Shown: piece after piece, positions 37,872 through 47,029 of the stretch
Layout: the number at the start of each line of letters is the position of its first letter
Position numbering within the stretch: the first letter of the stretch is position 1
IMG/VR virus record: IMGVR_UViG_2912723979_000001
Span: 23,894 to 87,893 of that record
Direction: 5' to 3' (one strand)
DNA length: 64,000 nt
Source of the DNA: a virus
Taxonomy: Duplodnaviria > Caudoviricetes
The notes under the pieces: generated by a model
Told to the model about the DNA's origin: nothing
Seen by the model: the letters and a program-made list of their open reading frames with translations, nothing else
Databases searched by the model: none
Translations under genes and position numbers: made by a program

Positions 37872-37988
37872 ATGCCCACATGCGACTGCGGCGTCACCCC
37901 CGAAGAAGCGGCCGCCGGCATCCACCAGCCCGGCTGCACCAGCCACGACGGCACCCCGGACACACCGTCCGACCACTACGGCCAGTAG
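37872..37988 (+). CDS. Small hypothetical protein (38 aa)
   Basis: First ORF after promoter, CDC/H..C. Confidence 0.4.
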   Translation: MPTCDCGVTPEEAAAGIHQPGCTSHDGTPDTPSDHYGQ

Positions 37989-38016
37989 GAGCCGACACCC
38001 GCACCGAGGAGACCGC

Positions 38017-38580
38017 ATGAACACCCAGACCGATGCATGGCCGTTCGGCACCGACGCCGTCCAGGACGACCCGCTCACCGCGCTGCGCATCCCGGTGGTG
38101 GGCAGCTTCCGCCCGATGTGGCGGTACGTCGCCGCCTATCTGAACACGGCCGCGCCCGGAGTCCCGGACTACCTCACCGGCCCGCCGTTCGCCAGCGTGG
38201 AGCGGCCGACGGAGGCCGAGGCACAGATGCTTGCCTCGTTCATCCGGGAGTACATCACCCGTTGGTTCCACGAGGGGTACCAGCGCCGGCTCGCCCGGCG
38301 CCCCCTGGACGTCGACTCCGGATGCAACACGACCGTATTCGTCAAGTACGGCCCGGACGACTGGGGGTACGGCCGCGTCTCGTGGGAGTACGGCCCGACG
38401 TTCATCCCCGGCCCTCCCCGGGCACGCGGCACCGAGTACGCCCACCCGAAGCACCCCGGGCCGCTGTCCCTGGTTCAGGTCATGGACCTGGCGCACACGA
38501 TCTGCGACGAGCCGATGGAGCGCTGGACGCGATGGAAGGCCGACCACCCGGAGATCTTCGGAGCGGAGGCCGCCCAATGA
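38017..38580 (+). CDS. Hypothetical protein
   Basis: GAGGAG RBS, aromatic-rich. Confidence 0.65.
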   Translation: MNTQTDAWPFGTDAVQDDPLTALRIPVVGSFRPMWRYVAAYLNTAAPGVPDYLTGPPFASVERPTEAEAQMLASFIREYITRWFHEGYQRRLARRPLDVDSGCNTTVFVKYGPDDWGYGRVSWEYGPTFIPGPPRARGTEYAHPKHPGPLSLVQVMDLAHTICDEPMERWTRWKADHPEIFGAEAAQ

Positions 38581-39014
38581 CCGCCCGCAAGCGCGGCGCC
38601 CTCATGCCCAACAGTCTCCGCGCCCTAACCATCCGACAGCCGTGGGCAGGCGCGATCGCCCACCAGACCAAGCGGGTCGAGAACCGTTCCTGGAAGCTGC
38701 CCGCCAAGTACGAGGGCGCTCGCATCCTCATCCACGCCGGCGCCCAACTCGACCCTGCCGCACGGGTGTACGGCCCAAACCTCGGCGTGTACGGCGCGGT
38801 CGTTGCCGTCGCCACCCTGTCCGGCTCCCACTGGTCGGACGACGGCACCTGCTGTGGCCCCTGGGGCTTCGCCCAGAGCTACCACTGGACGCTTGCCGAC
38901 GTTGTCGCCCTCGACGAGCCGGTGCCTGCGAAGGGCCGCCTCGGGATCTGGGCACCTGATGGCGAGCTGGTCGCGTCCGTGACCGAACAGATCAAGGAGG
39001 GCAACCACGCATGA
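38577..39014 (+). CDS. ASCH-domain protein
   Basis: ALTIRQPWAGAIAHQTKRVENRSW...ILIHAG. Confidence 0.85.
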   Translation: MTARKRGALMPNSLRALTIRQPWAGAIAHQTKRVENRSWKLPAKYEGARILIHAGAQLDPAARVYGPNLGVYGAVVAVATLSGSHWSDDGTCCGPWGFAQSYHWTLADVVALDEPVPAKGRLGIWAPDGELVASVTEQIKEGNHA

Positions 39015-39394
39015 GCCAGACACGCATCCAGCGCAAGCGCACCCCCGGTTGGCGGCTCGCCGACGCCACCACGAACCCCCTCGGCGCTGTCATCGTCAGC
39101 AGGCCCAGCCGCTTCGGCAACCCGTTCACCATCAAGGACGCCATCGAAGCCGAGTGGTCCGACCCACACAGCGCCTGCGCCGAGATGTACGGCGAGTGGC
39201 TCCGGGTCGGCACCGAAGGCGGCTGGTTCAACGAGACCTACCGCATCGGTAAGCAGGCCTTCGACCGCCGCCGCGTCCTTGCCGACCTTCATCTGCTTCG
39301 CGGGAAGGACCTCGCCTGCACGTGCCCTCTCGACAAGCCCTGCCACGCCGACGTTCTGCTCAAGCTCGCCAACCAGCCGGAGGGTGTCGCGTGA
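39011..39394 (+). CDS. DUF4326-like protein
   Basis: RIQRKRTPGWR, SRPSRFGNPF, LRGKDLACTCP...CHADVL. Confidence 0.85.
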   Translation: MSQTRIQRKRTPGWRLADATTNPLGAVIVSRPSRFGNPFTIKDAIEAEWSDPHSACAEMYGEWLRVGTEGGWFNETYRIGKQAFDRRRVLADLHLLRGKDLACTCPLDKPCHADVLLKLANQPEGVA

Positions 39395-40191
39395 CTGTTT
39401 CTGCTCAGGTGGGCCCGTCGTCTGCGCACGGCGGGCCCGACCCGTATTCGGCCCGGTATCTCACTCCCCGCCAGCAGCAGGTCCTCCAGCTCGCAGCGAA
39501 CGGCCTCAGGAACAGGGACATCGGCAAGCGGCTCGGAACGTCGGAAGACGCCGTTAAGTACCAGATGGCGGCGATCCTCAAGCGGCTGCACGTCGAGGAC
39601 CGGGCACAGGCAGCGGCTGTAGGCATACGGCTTGGACTGGTCAGGCTGGAGACCGTCACAGTCCCACCGAAGCGGACCCCGGTAGAGCGGCCGGCGAAGC
39701 CACGAGCGAAAAGCAAGCTTGATGAAGAGCTGGACGAGCGAGTCGCGGACCTGGGCGATCGTGTCCGTGCAGAGCGTCAGGCCCGTGGCTGGTCCCAGCC
39801 GGAACTCGGCAAGCGCGCCGGTCTCGCCCTGGTCACGGTGCAGAGGCTGGAGAGCGGGCAGTCCTCACTTCGCACGTTCCTGATGGCGTGTTCTGTGCTC
39901 GGCGTGGACCTGGCGCATCTGCTGTCCAGCCAGTGGCAGATGCCCGTGCCGCGTCCGACCCTGACTCGGCGGCAGGCGCAGGTGCTGCGTGAGGTGGCGT
40001 CTGGGGACTCCCTGTCTGTGGTGGGTGCACGGCTGGGTATGGCTCAGACGACGGTGGGCGCCTATCTGTCGCAGGCGTACCAGAAGCTCGGGGTTGCGGA
40101 CGTGGCCGTGGCGAAGCGGCGTGCGACGGCAGTGCGGGTGGCTACGGAGCACGGCTTGCTGGGCCCGCAGGGACGGGAGGACGCCCGGTGA
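39391..40191 (+). CDS. Three-HTH regulator (LuxR-XRE-LuxR)
   Basis: LTPRQQQVLQLAANG; ERQARGWSQPELGKRAG; LTRRQAQVLREVASG. Confidence 0.8.
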   Translation: MTVSAQVGPSSAHGGPDPYSARYLTPRQQQVLQLAANGLRNRDIGKRLGTSEDAVKYQMAAILKRLHVEDRAQAAAVGIRLGLVRLETVTVPPKRTPVERPAKPRAKSKLDEELDERVADLGDRVRAERQARGWSQPELGKRAGLALVTVQRLESGQSSLRTFLMACSVLGVDLAHLLSSQWQMPVPRPTLTRRQAQVLREVASGDSLSVVGARLGMAQTTVGAYLSQAYQKLGVADVAVAKRRATAVRVATEHGLLGPQGREDAR

Positions 40192-40808
40192 CCGCGGGTG
40201 GGTCGGCGGCTCGGTGGGGTGAGGAGCAGCGTCGGGCGGCCCGTAAGGGTGTGTGGCAGCGTCTCCTCGCCGCGCTCGGGCTCAGCCCGGCGGCACGCCG
40301 CGCGGATGCCAAGGCGGCCCACTGTGTGGCCGGCTCGGTCGGTGAGCAGCGCACCGCCGCCCTGTTACAGCCCCTCGAAGCCGCGGGATGGCTGGTCCTG
40401 CACGACCGGGCGATACCCGGCGCCCGCAGAGCGAACGCCGACCACGTCCTGGTGTCGCCCGGCGGCCAGTTGTTCCTGGTGGATTCGAAGCTGTGGTCGG
40501 GTCGGTACCCGGTGTATGAGCGGGGCGGGACGCTGTGGCACGGCTCTGCTGACCGTGGCCAGTCGGTGCGCAGCGTCCTGTACGAGGCGGATCTGGTGGC
40601 CCGCGCGGTGGGAGCGGCGGTGCAGCCGGTGATCGCCATGCACAACGCTCCGGTGGCCGGCCACGGCTTCTTCGTGCAGGACGTTCCGGTGGTGCCTGCT
40701 GCCCGGCTGGTGGAGGTGCTGCGGGGGAACGACGGCCCTCGGAACCGGGTGGCCGCGGCCGCGCTTGGGTGGAGGGCTGCCGCGGTTCTCCCTCCGCACC
40801 TGGGGTGA
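40188..40808 (+). CDS. NERD nuclease-related domain protein
   Basis: GSVGEQRTA, VLHDRAIPG, NADHVLVSPGG.LFLVDSK; in-frame TTA at 40365. Confidence 0.8.
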   Translation: MTAGGSAARWGEEQRRAARKGVWQRLLAALGLSPAARRADAKAAHCVAGSVGEQRTAALLQPLEAAGWLVLHDRAIPGARRANADHVLVSPGGQLFLVDSKLWSGRYPVYERGGTLWHGSADRGQSVRSVLYEADLVARAVGAAVQPVIAMHNAPVAGHGFFVQDVPVVPAARLVEVLRGNDGPRNRVAAAALGWRAAAVLPPHLG

Positions 40809-40892
40809 GCCCTGGTGGCGGTTCCAGGCGCTGAGGAGGGGTCGGGCGTGGCCGGGCGGGTGGGGTGGCGAGGGCGGCATAGGATCGACGGA

Positions 40893-41135
40893 GTGGCACA
40901 CACCTTCGAAGACCTCGTGAAGCTCGAACAGTCCGCTGAGGCGGCGCACGCCCGCTACCTTGCCGCCGACACCGGCCTCGACGCTGCCCGGCAGGCCTGG
41001 GTGGAAGCTGCCGCGGTGTTCCAGGCCGCGGTCACCGAGCACGCGGAGGCCGAGGGCAGCAGCCGGTACGAGGTCGAGATGGCCGTGAAGAAGGCCGTCC
41101 GGCATCCGGCTGAGGATCCGGGCGTCGACTCCTAG
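40893..41135 (+). CDS. Hypothetical protein
   Basis: TFEDLVKLEQSA...RYEVEMAVKKAVRHP. Confidence 0.6.
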   Translation: MAHTFEDLVKLEQSAEAAHARYLAADTGLDAARQAWVEAAAVFQAAVTEHAEAEGSSRYEVEMAVKKAVRHPAEDPGVDS

Positions 41136-41377
41136 CCGCCGACCTGGGCATCGTCGGCGGTGTCCTCGTCGGGCCAGGCGGCCATCTGCACGCCGGTCTC
41201 GCCGTCGGTGAGGGTGATCGTGGTGCCTGGCTGTCCCCAGCTGCCGATCCAGGCGGCCAGTTTCCGGCGCGCGGTCGTCTCGCTGTTCCACCAGCCGCGG
41301 GCCACCGGCAGGCCGTCGGTGGTCAGCAGGAGGCGGTATCGGCCGGGGCTCAAGGTGCTGGTCACAGCCCTAAGCAT
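41132..41377 (-). CDS. Hypothetical protein
   Basis: GRYRLLLTTDG.PVARGWWNSE.TARRK. Confidence 0.6.
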   Translation of the reverse strand: MLRAVTSTLSPGRYRLLLTTDGLPVARGWWNSETTARRKLAAWIGSWGQPGTTITLTDGETGVQMAAWPDEDTADDAQVGG

Positions 41378-41389
41378 AGAATCGAACGT

Positions 41390-41701
41390 ATGCCCGATCT
41401 TTCGCCTGCTGAACGCCTTGCCAAGCTGCACACTCTGGAGGAGTGGTTGGCGTGGCAGCTGGAGACGACCCGGCGGAAGATCCGCGACCTCGAAGCGCAG
41501 GCGGTCGAGTACGTGGTGGAGGGCGAGATCCACAAGGGGCACCCGCTGGGGGCGACCGTCCATGTGGCCGGCTGCACGGCGATCCGGCGTGAGGTGCGGT
41601 CGTTCACCGCGGAGGAGGCCCGGTTCGCGCTGACGAAGGACAAGCGGTTCTTTCACGGGTGCGAGGACTGCGAGCCGGGGAAGAGCCTCGGGATCGGCTA
41701 A
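41390..41701 (+). CDS. DUF6233-like protein
   Basis: VHVAGC...AEEARFAL...CEDCEP. Confidence 0.7.
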   Translation: MPDLSPAERLAKLHTLEEWLAWQLETTRRKIRDLEAQAVEYVVEGEIHKGHPLGATVHVAGCTAIRREVRSFTAEEARFALTKDKRFFHGCEDCEPGKSLGIG

Positions 41702-41704
41702 CCC

Positions 41705-41733
41705 TTGCGCTTCCTAAATTAGGAAGCTACTCT
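41705..41733 (+). promoter_or_regulatory. Promoter with 9-1-9 operator in spacer
   Basis: TTGCGC-17-TACTCT; GCTTCCTAA-A-TTAGGAAGC at 41709-41727. Confidence 0.8.
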
Positions 41734-41787
41734 GTTTGGTGTCGGGTCAAGGGGAACAGCCCCGGACCCAGGTCGGAAGGAACCGAC

Positions 41788-42783
41788 ATGACCGAGCGCC
41801 ACTACACCGCCTGGATGACCAACGACCCCAGCTGCGTCGTCGACGACTTCATGGACATCACCGTCATCGAGGACGTCGCCATCTCCTACAAGGAGGAGGT
41901 CGTCTCCGAGGAGGACGACCCCGAGACGGGCGAGGTCACCCGGGAGACCGTCGAAACCCCCGTCTGGGAGTCCCAGGGGCAGCAGATGTTCTACGCCGAG
42001 ACCAGTGTCGACGTCCGTGAGGGTGACGCCGAGGACGGTATCCGCGAGGCCGAGTCCCTGATGGAGAAGGCCGGCTGGAAGGTTGTCGGGGACTGGGAGG
42101 CCACCGACAACAGCTACACCGCCACGGTGGAGTACGTCGGCGAGTACCGGCACGTCATTGAGGCCACCGACAACGCCGAGGACCCGACCTGGTACGAGAT
42201 CGTCCGCGGTGACCAGGCCGAGGAGCACGACGACATCCCGGAGGAGTACGGCCTGCTGGTTTTGGAGAACTACTGGCCGGACAACGGCCTGGAGGTTCCG
42301 CCGCTGGCTGACGAGTACGGCAACCCTTACTACCGGGTGCTGGTCCGAACGCAGAACGATGACGCCACACTCGCCGTGGTGGAGTCCAGCGCTGCGGGCA
42401 TGACGCCGGCCGCGTTCAAGACGACCCGCGAGATGCTGGGCCTGTCGGACGGATGGCTTGCCGATCACCTGGGAGTGTCGTCCCGCACGGTCCGGAACTG
42501 GGAAGCCGGCAAGTACCCCGTTCCGCACGGTGTGGAGGTTCAAATGGACGCGCTGAAGCGGGAGACGCGCGCCGAGGTGGATCGGTTGGTTGCCAGCCTG
42601 CACGGCAAGCCGGCCCCACAGTTGGCCACCTACCGCAACGACGCCGACTACCAGGCAGCGAACCCTGAAAGCAAGTTCCCCGCCTCGTGGCACCGAGCGG
42701 TAGTGGCGCGGGTGGCGCTTCAGATGCCTGCCGTCGGCATCGTCTACGCCGAGGAGAACGCCGGCCTAAAGGACGGCGAGTGA
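41788..42783 (+). CDS. Acidic N-terminal domain fused to Aca2/DUF1870-like HTH
   Basis: ATG 41788 after GAAGGA; C-terminal MTPAAFKTTREMLGLS...LGVSSRTVRNWEAGKYPVP...ATYRNDADY. Confidence 0.8.
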   Translation: MTERHYTAWMTNDPSCVVDDFMDITVIEDVAISYKEEVVSEEDDPETGEVTRETVETPVWESQGQQMFYAETSVDVREGDAEDGIREAESLMEKAGWKVVGDWEATDNSYTATVEYVGEYRHVIEATDNAEDPTWYEIVRGDQAEEHDDIPEEYGLLVLENYWPDNGLEVPPLADEYGNPYYRVLVRTQNDDATLAVVESSAAGMTPAAFKTTREMLGLSDGWLADHLGVSSRTVRNWEAGKYPVPHGVEVQMDALKRETRAEVDRLVASLHGKPAPQLATYRNDADYQAANPESKFPASWHRAVVARVALQMPAVGIVYAEENAGLKDGE

Positions 42784-43781
42784 CGACGAGGCAGACACTT
42801 TCGGCGCGGATGCTCCCCGAGATCCGCGCCGAGCTGGTGCAGTGGCTCGCCGACACCGGCCCCGAAGGCGGGCAGGCTCGGTGGGCACAGGGCTTCGACC
42901 CGCACACCGCGCGCGAGGAACGCCAGGCCGCCGCCGACTGGGCGGTGGCCTTACGCGCTGCCGAGCTGTTCTTCGTGTCCAAGGACATGACCCGCATGGC
43001 CGTCTCGGCTGGTCTCGCACTCCCCTCCTACCGTCTCCACCCTGAGGACCTGCCCGCCACACATGGGCTGCTGCTGTGGGAGGAGTACGCCACCGACTCC
43101 TACGAAGGCGGCGAGTACACCGGCTGCCCCATCATCGGCGTCTCCTGGGCACAGCAGGGCAGCGGCGTGCAGTTCCGCACCTGGTGCCTGCGTGAGGACT
43201 GGGTGACGTTCATGGCCAAGGGCGACCCAAGGGCCGGGCTGAAGGATCTGACGCCCACGGAGGTGCGAGCGCTGCGGATGGCGTATCCGCAGCAGATCGT
43301 GTGCATGTCCCGCGGGTTCCTGCCGTTCGGCAAGGTTCCGGGCTGGCTGTCGTCGATGCCCGACGACACCAGCGGCATGGCCCTCGCAGAGCTGGAGGAC
43401 CACTCAAGGTCTGCTGGCCGGCAGGAGCAAGCCGAGCGCGCCTTGGTCGTGACGTGGCTGCTGATGGGGCAGACGTTGGCGCGCGAGGAGGAGACTGCGC
43501 CATCGAAGGCCTCGGCGAAGCACCTGCGCCGGATCGACCCAGGCCTGCTGACGAGCGTGCGCTACGTCCGGCTCCGTCATGCAGGAGCGGCGTCCCAGGT
43601 GGGCGGGAACGGCGGTGGACGGGCCTACCAGCACAGGTGGATTGTCCGTGGGCACTGGAGGAACCACTGGTACCCGTCCCGGCAGTCGCATCGCCCTATC
43701 TGGATCGACTCGCACGTCAAGGGTCCGGATGGGGCGCCGATCCTGGATCCGGACAAGCTGGTCAACGTACTGCGCCGCTGA
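42780..43781 (+). CDS. Conserved-looking phage hypothetical protein
   Basis: GTGA coupling; C-terminal HRWIVRGHWR...PIWIDSHVKGP; in-frame TTA at 42951. Confidence 0.7.
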   Translation: MTTRQTLSARMLPEIRAELVQWLADTGPEGGQARWAQGFDPHTAREERQAAADWAVALRAAELFFVSKDMTRMAVSAGLALPSYRLHPEDLPATHGLLLWEEYATDSYEGGEYTGCPIIGVSWAQQGSGVQFRTWCLREDWVTFMAKGDPRAGLKDLTPTEVRALRMAYPQQIVCMSRGFLPFGKVPGWLSSMPDDTSGMALAELEDHSRSAGRQEQAERALVVTWLLMGQTLAREEETAPSKASAKHLRRIDPGLLTSVRYVRLRHAGAASQVGGNGGGRAYQHRWIVRGHWRNHWYPSRQSHRPIWIDSHVKGPDGAPILDPDKLVNVLRR

Positions 43782-43788
43782 ACACACG

Positions 43789-43827
43789 ACCGCCCGCCTC
43801 GACGGGGGACGTAGCGAGGCGGGCGGT
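43789..43827. terminator. Terminator between convergent genes
   Basis: 13-bp stem ACCGCCCGCCTCG/CGAGGCGGGCGGT. Confidence 0.75.
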
Positions 43828-43985
43828 TCTGTGAGCAGTGTGCCACGCGGGGCCGACATCGTTGTGGTGGCTGTCGGCGTGGGTTGGTAGCGTGGGTGCA
43901 TCGTCAGTCGCCGCGGGCGGCTGGAAGACGTGGAGCCAGGTGACCCGGGGCAGACCGGGAGCCTGGCTCGGCGCTTTTCCGGGGG

Positions 43986-45032
43986 CTAGTTCGTCCAGGT
44001 TCCGTGGAGGGCGGAGACGCTGAAGCCGGGCCCGTAGGCGACCATCAGGGCCTGGGCGCCGTCGGCCGGGGGCTGGCTGTGGGTGCGCTCCAGGACGCGG
44101 AGCACGGAGACGCCGCCGAGGTTGCCCTCTTCGCTCAGGGTGTCGAGGGAGTGGCGGGCGTCGGTCTCGGTGAGGTCGAGGGCGGTGGCGGTGTCCATGA
44201 TGATCGGCTTGGAGCCGGGGTGGATGACCGGGACGGTGACGGGGCGGCCGTCGAGCCAGTCGAGGACGGCGGGCATGACGTGGCGGGCGCCGCCGGCGGC
44301 TTGCTTGGTGGAGTCGAAGTGCAGGCCCGTGGCGTCGATGCGGCCGGCGTAGAAGTCCAGCGAGCCTGGGAGCGCGTACTCGAAGAGGCCGTCTGCGTCG
44401 ACGGTGAGGCCGGGGCCGAGGGGGTCGCTGGAGACGATGGTGGCTGCGCCGCTGTCGCCGAAGAGGGCCTTGTAGATCATGTGCTCGATGGCGGTGTCGG
44501 CGTGGTTGTAGCTGGTGGAGAGGACTTCGGCGGCCACGACGAGGATGCGGGAGCCGGGGTACAGGAGGGCCTGTTCGGTGGCGCGGATGAGGGCGTGGGC
44601 TCCGCCAGCGCAGGCCGCGGTGGTGAGGGCGGTGCGCCGGATGCCGGGGTTGAGGCCGAGCCGGGCCACCAGGTGGATGTCGAGGTTGGGGACGCTCCAG
44701 CCGGTGGCGTGGGTGGTGATGAGGCCGGTGATGTCGCCGGGCTGGAGGCCGTGCCGGGTGAGGGTGGTGCGGGCGGCTTGTTCGGCCATGGTCAGGCCGT
44801 CGTTGAAGGCGCGGGCGGCGCGCTGGCCGATGTCGGCGGTGCCGTTGATGGTGGGGGAGTTCAGGGGCTGGGTGAAGTAGCGGGAGTCGACGCCGCAGTT
44901 GCCGAGGACGCGGAGGATCGCGCCGAGCCGGGGGTGGTTGGGGTGGTGGGCGCGGATGTCGTCGGCTATCTCCGGGGTGGTGATTTTGTGCGGGGCGAGG
45001 ACGGTGGTGGGGTGGGCGATGTGGACGGGCAT
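43986..45032 (-). CDS. Type III polyketide synthase (RppA/Gcs-like)
   Basis: Cys in TAACAGGA, His in IHPGSKPI, Asn in EGNLGG, plus LFGDSGAA and YGPGF; ATG 45032 after AGGGGG. Confidence 0.9.
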   Translation of the reverse strand: MPVHIAHPTTVLAPHKITTPEIADDIRAHHPNHPRLGAILRVLGNCGVDSRYFTQPLNSPTINGTADIGQRAARAFNDGLTMAEQAARTTLTRHGLQPGDITGLITTHATGWSVPNLDIHLVARLGLNPGIRRTALTTAACAGGAHALIRATEQALLYPGSRILVVAAEVLSTSYNHADTAIEHMIYKALFGDSGAATIVSSDPLGPGLTVDADGLFEYALPGSLDFYAGRIDATGLHFDSTKQAAGGARHVMPAVLDWLDGRPVTVPVIHPGSKPIIMDTATALDLTETDARHSLDTLSEEGNLGGVSVLRVLERTHSQPPADGAQALMVAYGPGFSVSALHGTWTN

Positions 45033-45164
45033 GGGTCCCCCCTTGGGCGCGCGACCTGAATTGCAGTCAAGGTACGGCAAAGTGGCCGGTTTGTTTCCCC
45101 TGCCATCGAAGCCATGGTCTCTCACGGCTCGTCAAAGCAGGGCAAAAAGCGCCTTCAAGGGGGT

Positions 45165-45980
45165 TCAGCGGGCTTGAAGCATTCCCGGGTTGGGGTGCGG
45201 CTGCCGCGGCCCCGGCCGAAACAGGAGCATCATGAACCGGGACCCGGGGGCCGTCAGGGGCTGTGCCACGCACATCGTCACCCAGCCCGGTCCTTCGACC
45301 GCGTGCCGGATGGGGCGTTCGTCGCCGTCGGGGTGGATGCTGGCGCCGCCGGCCTCGTACAAGGGGCGGGCGGCGGGGTCGGCGAGGACTTCGTCCTCGA
45401 TCTGCCGGAGCACCTTGTCGTCTGGGCGCTGGGCGAGCGCGGCCCGGAGCTGGGGCATGACGAGCGGGGCCCAGGCGGTGGCCCAGTCGGTGAGCTGGTC
45501 GCGGCCGTCGAGGAGCATCCACCGCATCGTGTTGCGTGGTGCTGTGCCGGCGTCGAACAGGGTGTGGAACGCGTTGTTGCAGGTGAGGAGGTTCCAGGAG
45601 GCGTCGGTGACGTAGGCGGGGTAGTTGACGGCGGCGACCGCGTCGGCCCAGGCTCCGGGGACGGCGTCGCCGGCGGTTTCGTGGAGCGGGCCGGGCGGGT
45701 CCTCGCCGCGCGCGTACCGGCACAGACTGGTCCACTCTTGCTCGCTCATGCCGTAAAGATGGGCGACATCGCGCAGGAGTTCAACCGGGGGGTTGGGGTA
45801 GTTCCCGGATTCGAGGCGCTGGTAGGTGCGGGTGGTGTAGCCGAGGAGCTGGTCGACCTGGTGCTGGGAGAGGCCGGGTGCGCGTCGGCCGCGGCCGGTG
45901 GGGCGGGGCAGGCCGTGGCTTTCGGGTGCTATCTGTTCGCGCCGTTGCCGGAGGAGCTTCTGGAGTGCTGGGCGGTTCAC
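45165..45980 (-). CDS. MmyB-like regulator (XRE HTH + PAS-like ligand-binding domain)
   Basis: LQKLLRQRREQI, GRRAPGLSQHQVDQL, PAYVTDASWNLLTCN, NTMRWML. Confidence 0.9.
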   Translation of the reverse strand: MNRPALQKLLRQRREQIAPESHGLPRPTGRGRRAPGLSQHQVDQLLGYTTRTYQRLESGNYPNPPVELLRDVAHLYGMSEQEWTSLCRYARGEDPPGPLHETAGDAVPGAWADAVAAVNYPAYVTDASWNLLTCNNAFHTLFDAGTAPRNTMRWMLLDGRDQLTDWATAWAPLVMPQLRAALAQRPDDKVLRQIEDEVLADPAARPLYEAGGASIHPDGDERPIRHAVEGPGWVTMCVAQPLTAPGSRFMMLLFRPGPRQPHPNPGMLQAR

Positions 45981-46380
45981 TGGTTTGCTATCCCCCCGAT
46001 GCTTGTTGACAAGACGTCAAGTGTAATTACTGTTACGCGTTTTTGCTGTAAAAGATTCGCTGTAGATATGCGGCCGTTGCGTGGTGCATGCTCTGTGACG
46101 CGTGGTCGCTGGCCTGCGGGTGTGCTGATCAGTGACGACGTGGATACACCCCTCCGCAGGGTCCGTCCGGGTCCCCTCGAATAACCGGTCGGTATCCAGC
46201 AGAGGGGCCGGGAACGGAAAGTCGACAAGTTTCCGGTTTTGGTGTCGTTTCCCCCAGCAGGGAATCGCAGCGCGACGCCCGGACCGGAGCAGGCCGGCCG
46301 TGGTTCCCTGGCTGCCAGGTTGCTGCGGCCGGTGCCCTCCCGCCCCATACCAGGGGCCTCGGTACCGGCCGCCCGCGCAC

Positions 46381-46608
46381 TCACAACACCTGGCCTTCGA
46401 CGTGCTGGTGCTCGTCCCGGTGCGCCCCGCACAGTGTCCCGAACAGGTCGGCCCGGCAGGCTCCTGGCCCCTGGTAGACGTGGTGCCCGATGTGGCCGAC
46501 GTTGATGGTCTGCTGCCCGGTGAGCGGCGGCGGGGTGGGCTGCCGGTGTAGCGCCTCGAGGGCTTCTATCCGGCGCAGCAGGTCCCGCTTGGACACTCGC
46601 TTCCTCAT
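46381..46608 (-). CDS. Small Cys/His protein
   Basis: GAGG RBS; GHIGHHVYQGPGAC...LCGAHRDEH. Confidence 0.5.
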   Translation of the reverse strand: MRKRVSKRDLLRRIEALEALHRQPTPPPLTGQQTINVGHIGHHVYQGPGACRADLFGTLCGAHRDEHQHVEGQVL

Positions 46609-46720
46609 GAGTCCTCGTGGTCGGTCGCTTGGGTAGCTGCTGCCGGCGCAGGTTGCGCCGTGTTCCAGGGGGCGCCCGGCCGGGGCGAGTGCTCCGGCCG
46701 GGGTGAGGATGAAGGACTGG

Positions 46721-46942
46721 TCACGGCTGTTCGTCGTCCCCGTCACCGCTGTCCCGGCGTTCGATGGAGACGATGGATTCGGGCCGAATCTCGGCTTCTC
46801 CGCCGCCTGCGAGGGAGAAATCAGCGAATTTGCCCAGGGTGGCAAGATAGGCGACCCGCTCGGCGTGCTCGGCGATGGAGTAACCGCAGGTGAGGGCTTC
46901 GACGGTGTGTTCGGTGGCGCCGACGGCGTATCGGATGGTCAT
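46721..46942 (-). CDS. Hypothetical protein
   Basis: 73 aa in leftward operon. Confidence 0.5.
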   Translation of the reverse strand: MTIRYAVGATEHTVEALTCGYSIAEHAERVAYLATLGKFADFSLAGGGEAEIRPESIVSIERRDSGDGDDEQP

Positions 46943-47029
46943 GGTGCTGGTGGTCCAGTTGGCGATGGCAGCGCGGGCTTTCAGGTCTGCGTCCCGGTCG
47001 GTGGTGATGACGGTTCTCCTTCGATCAGG

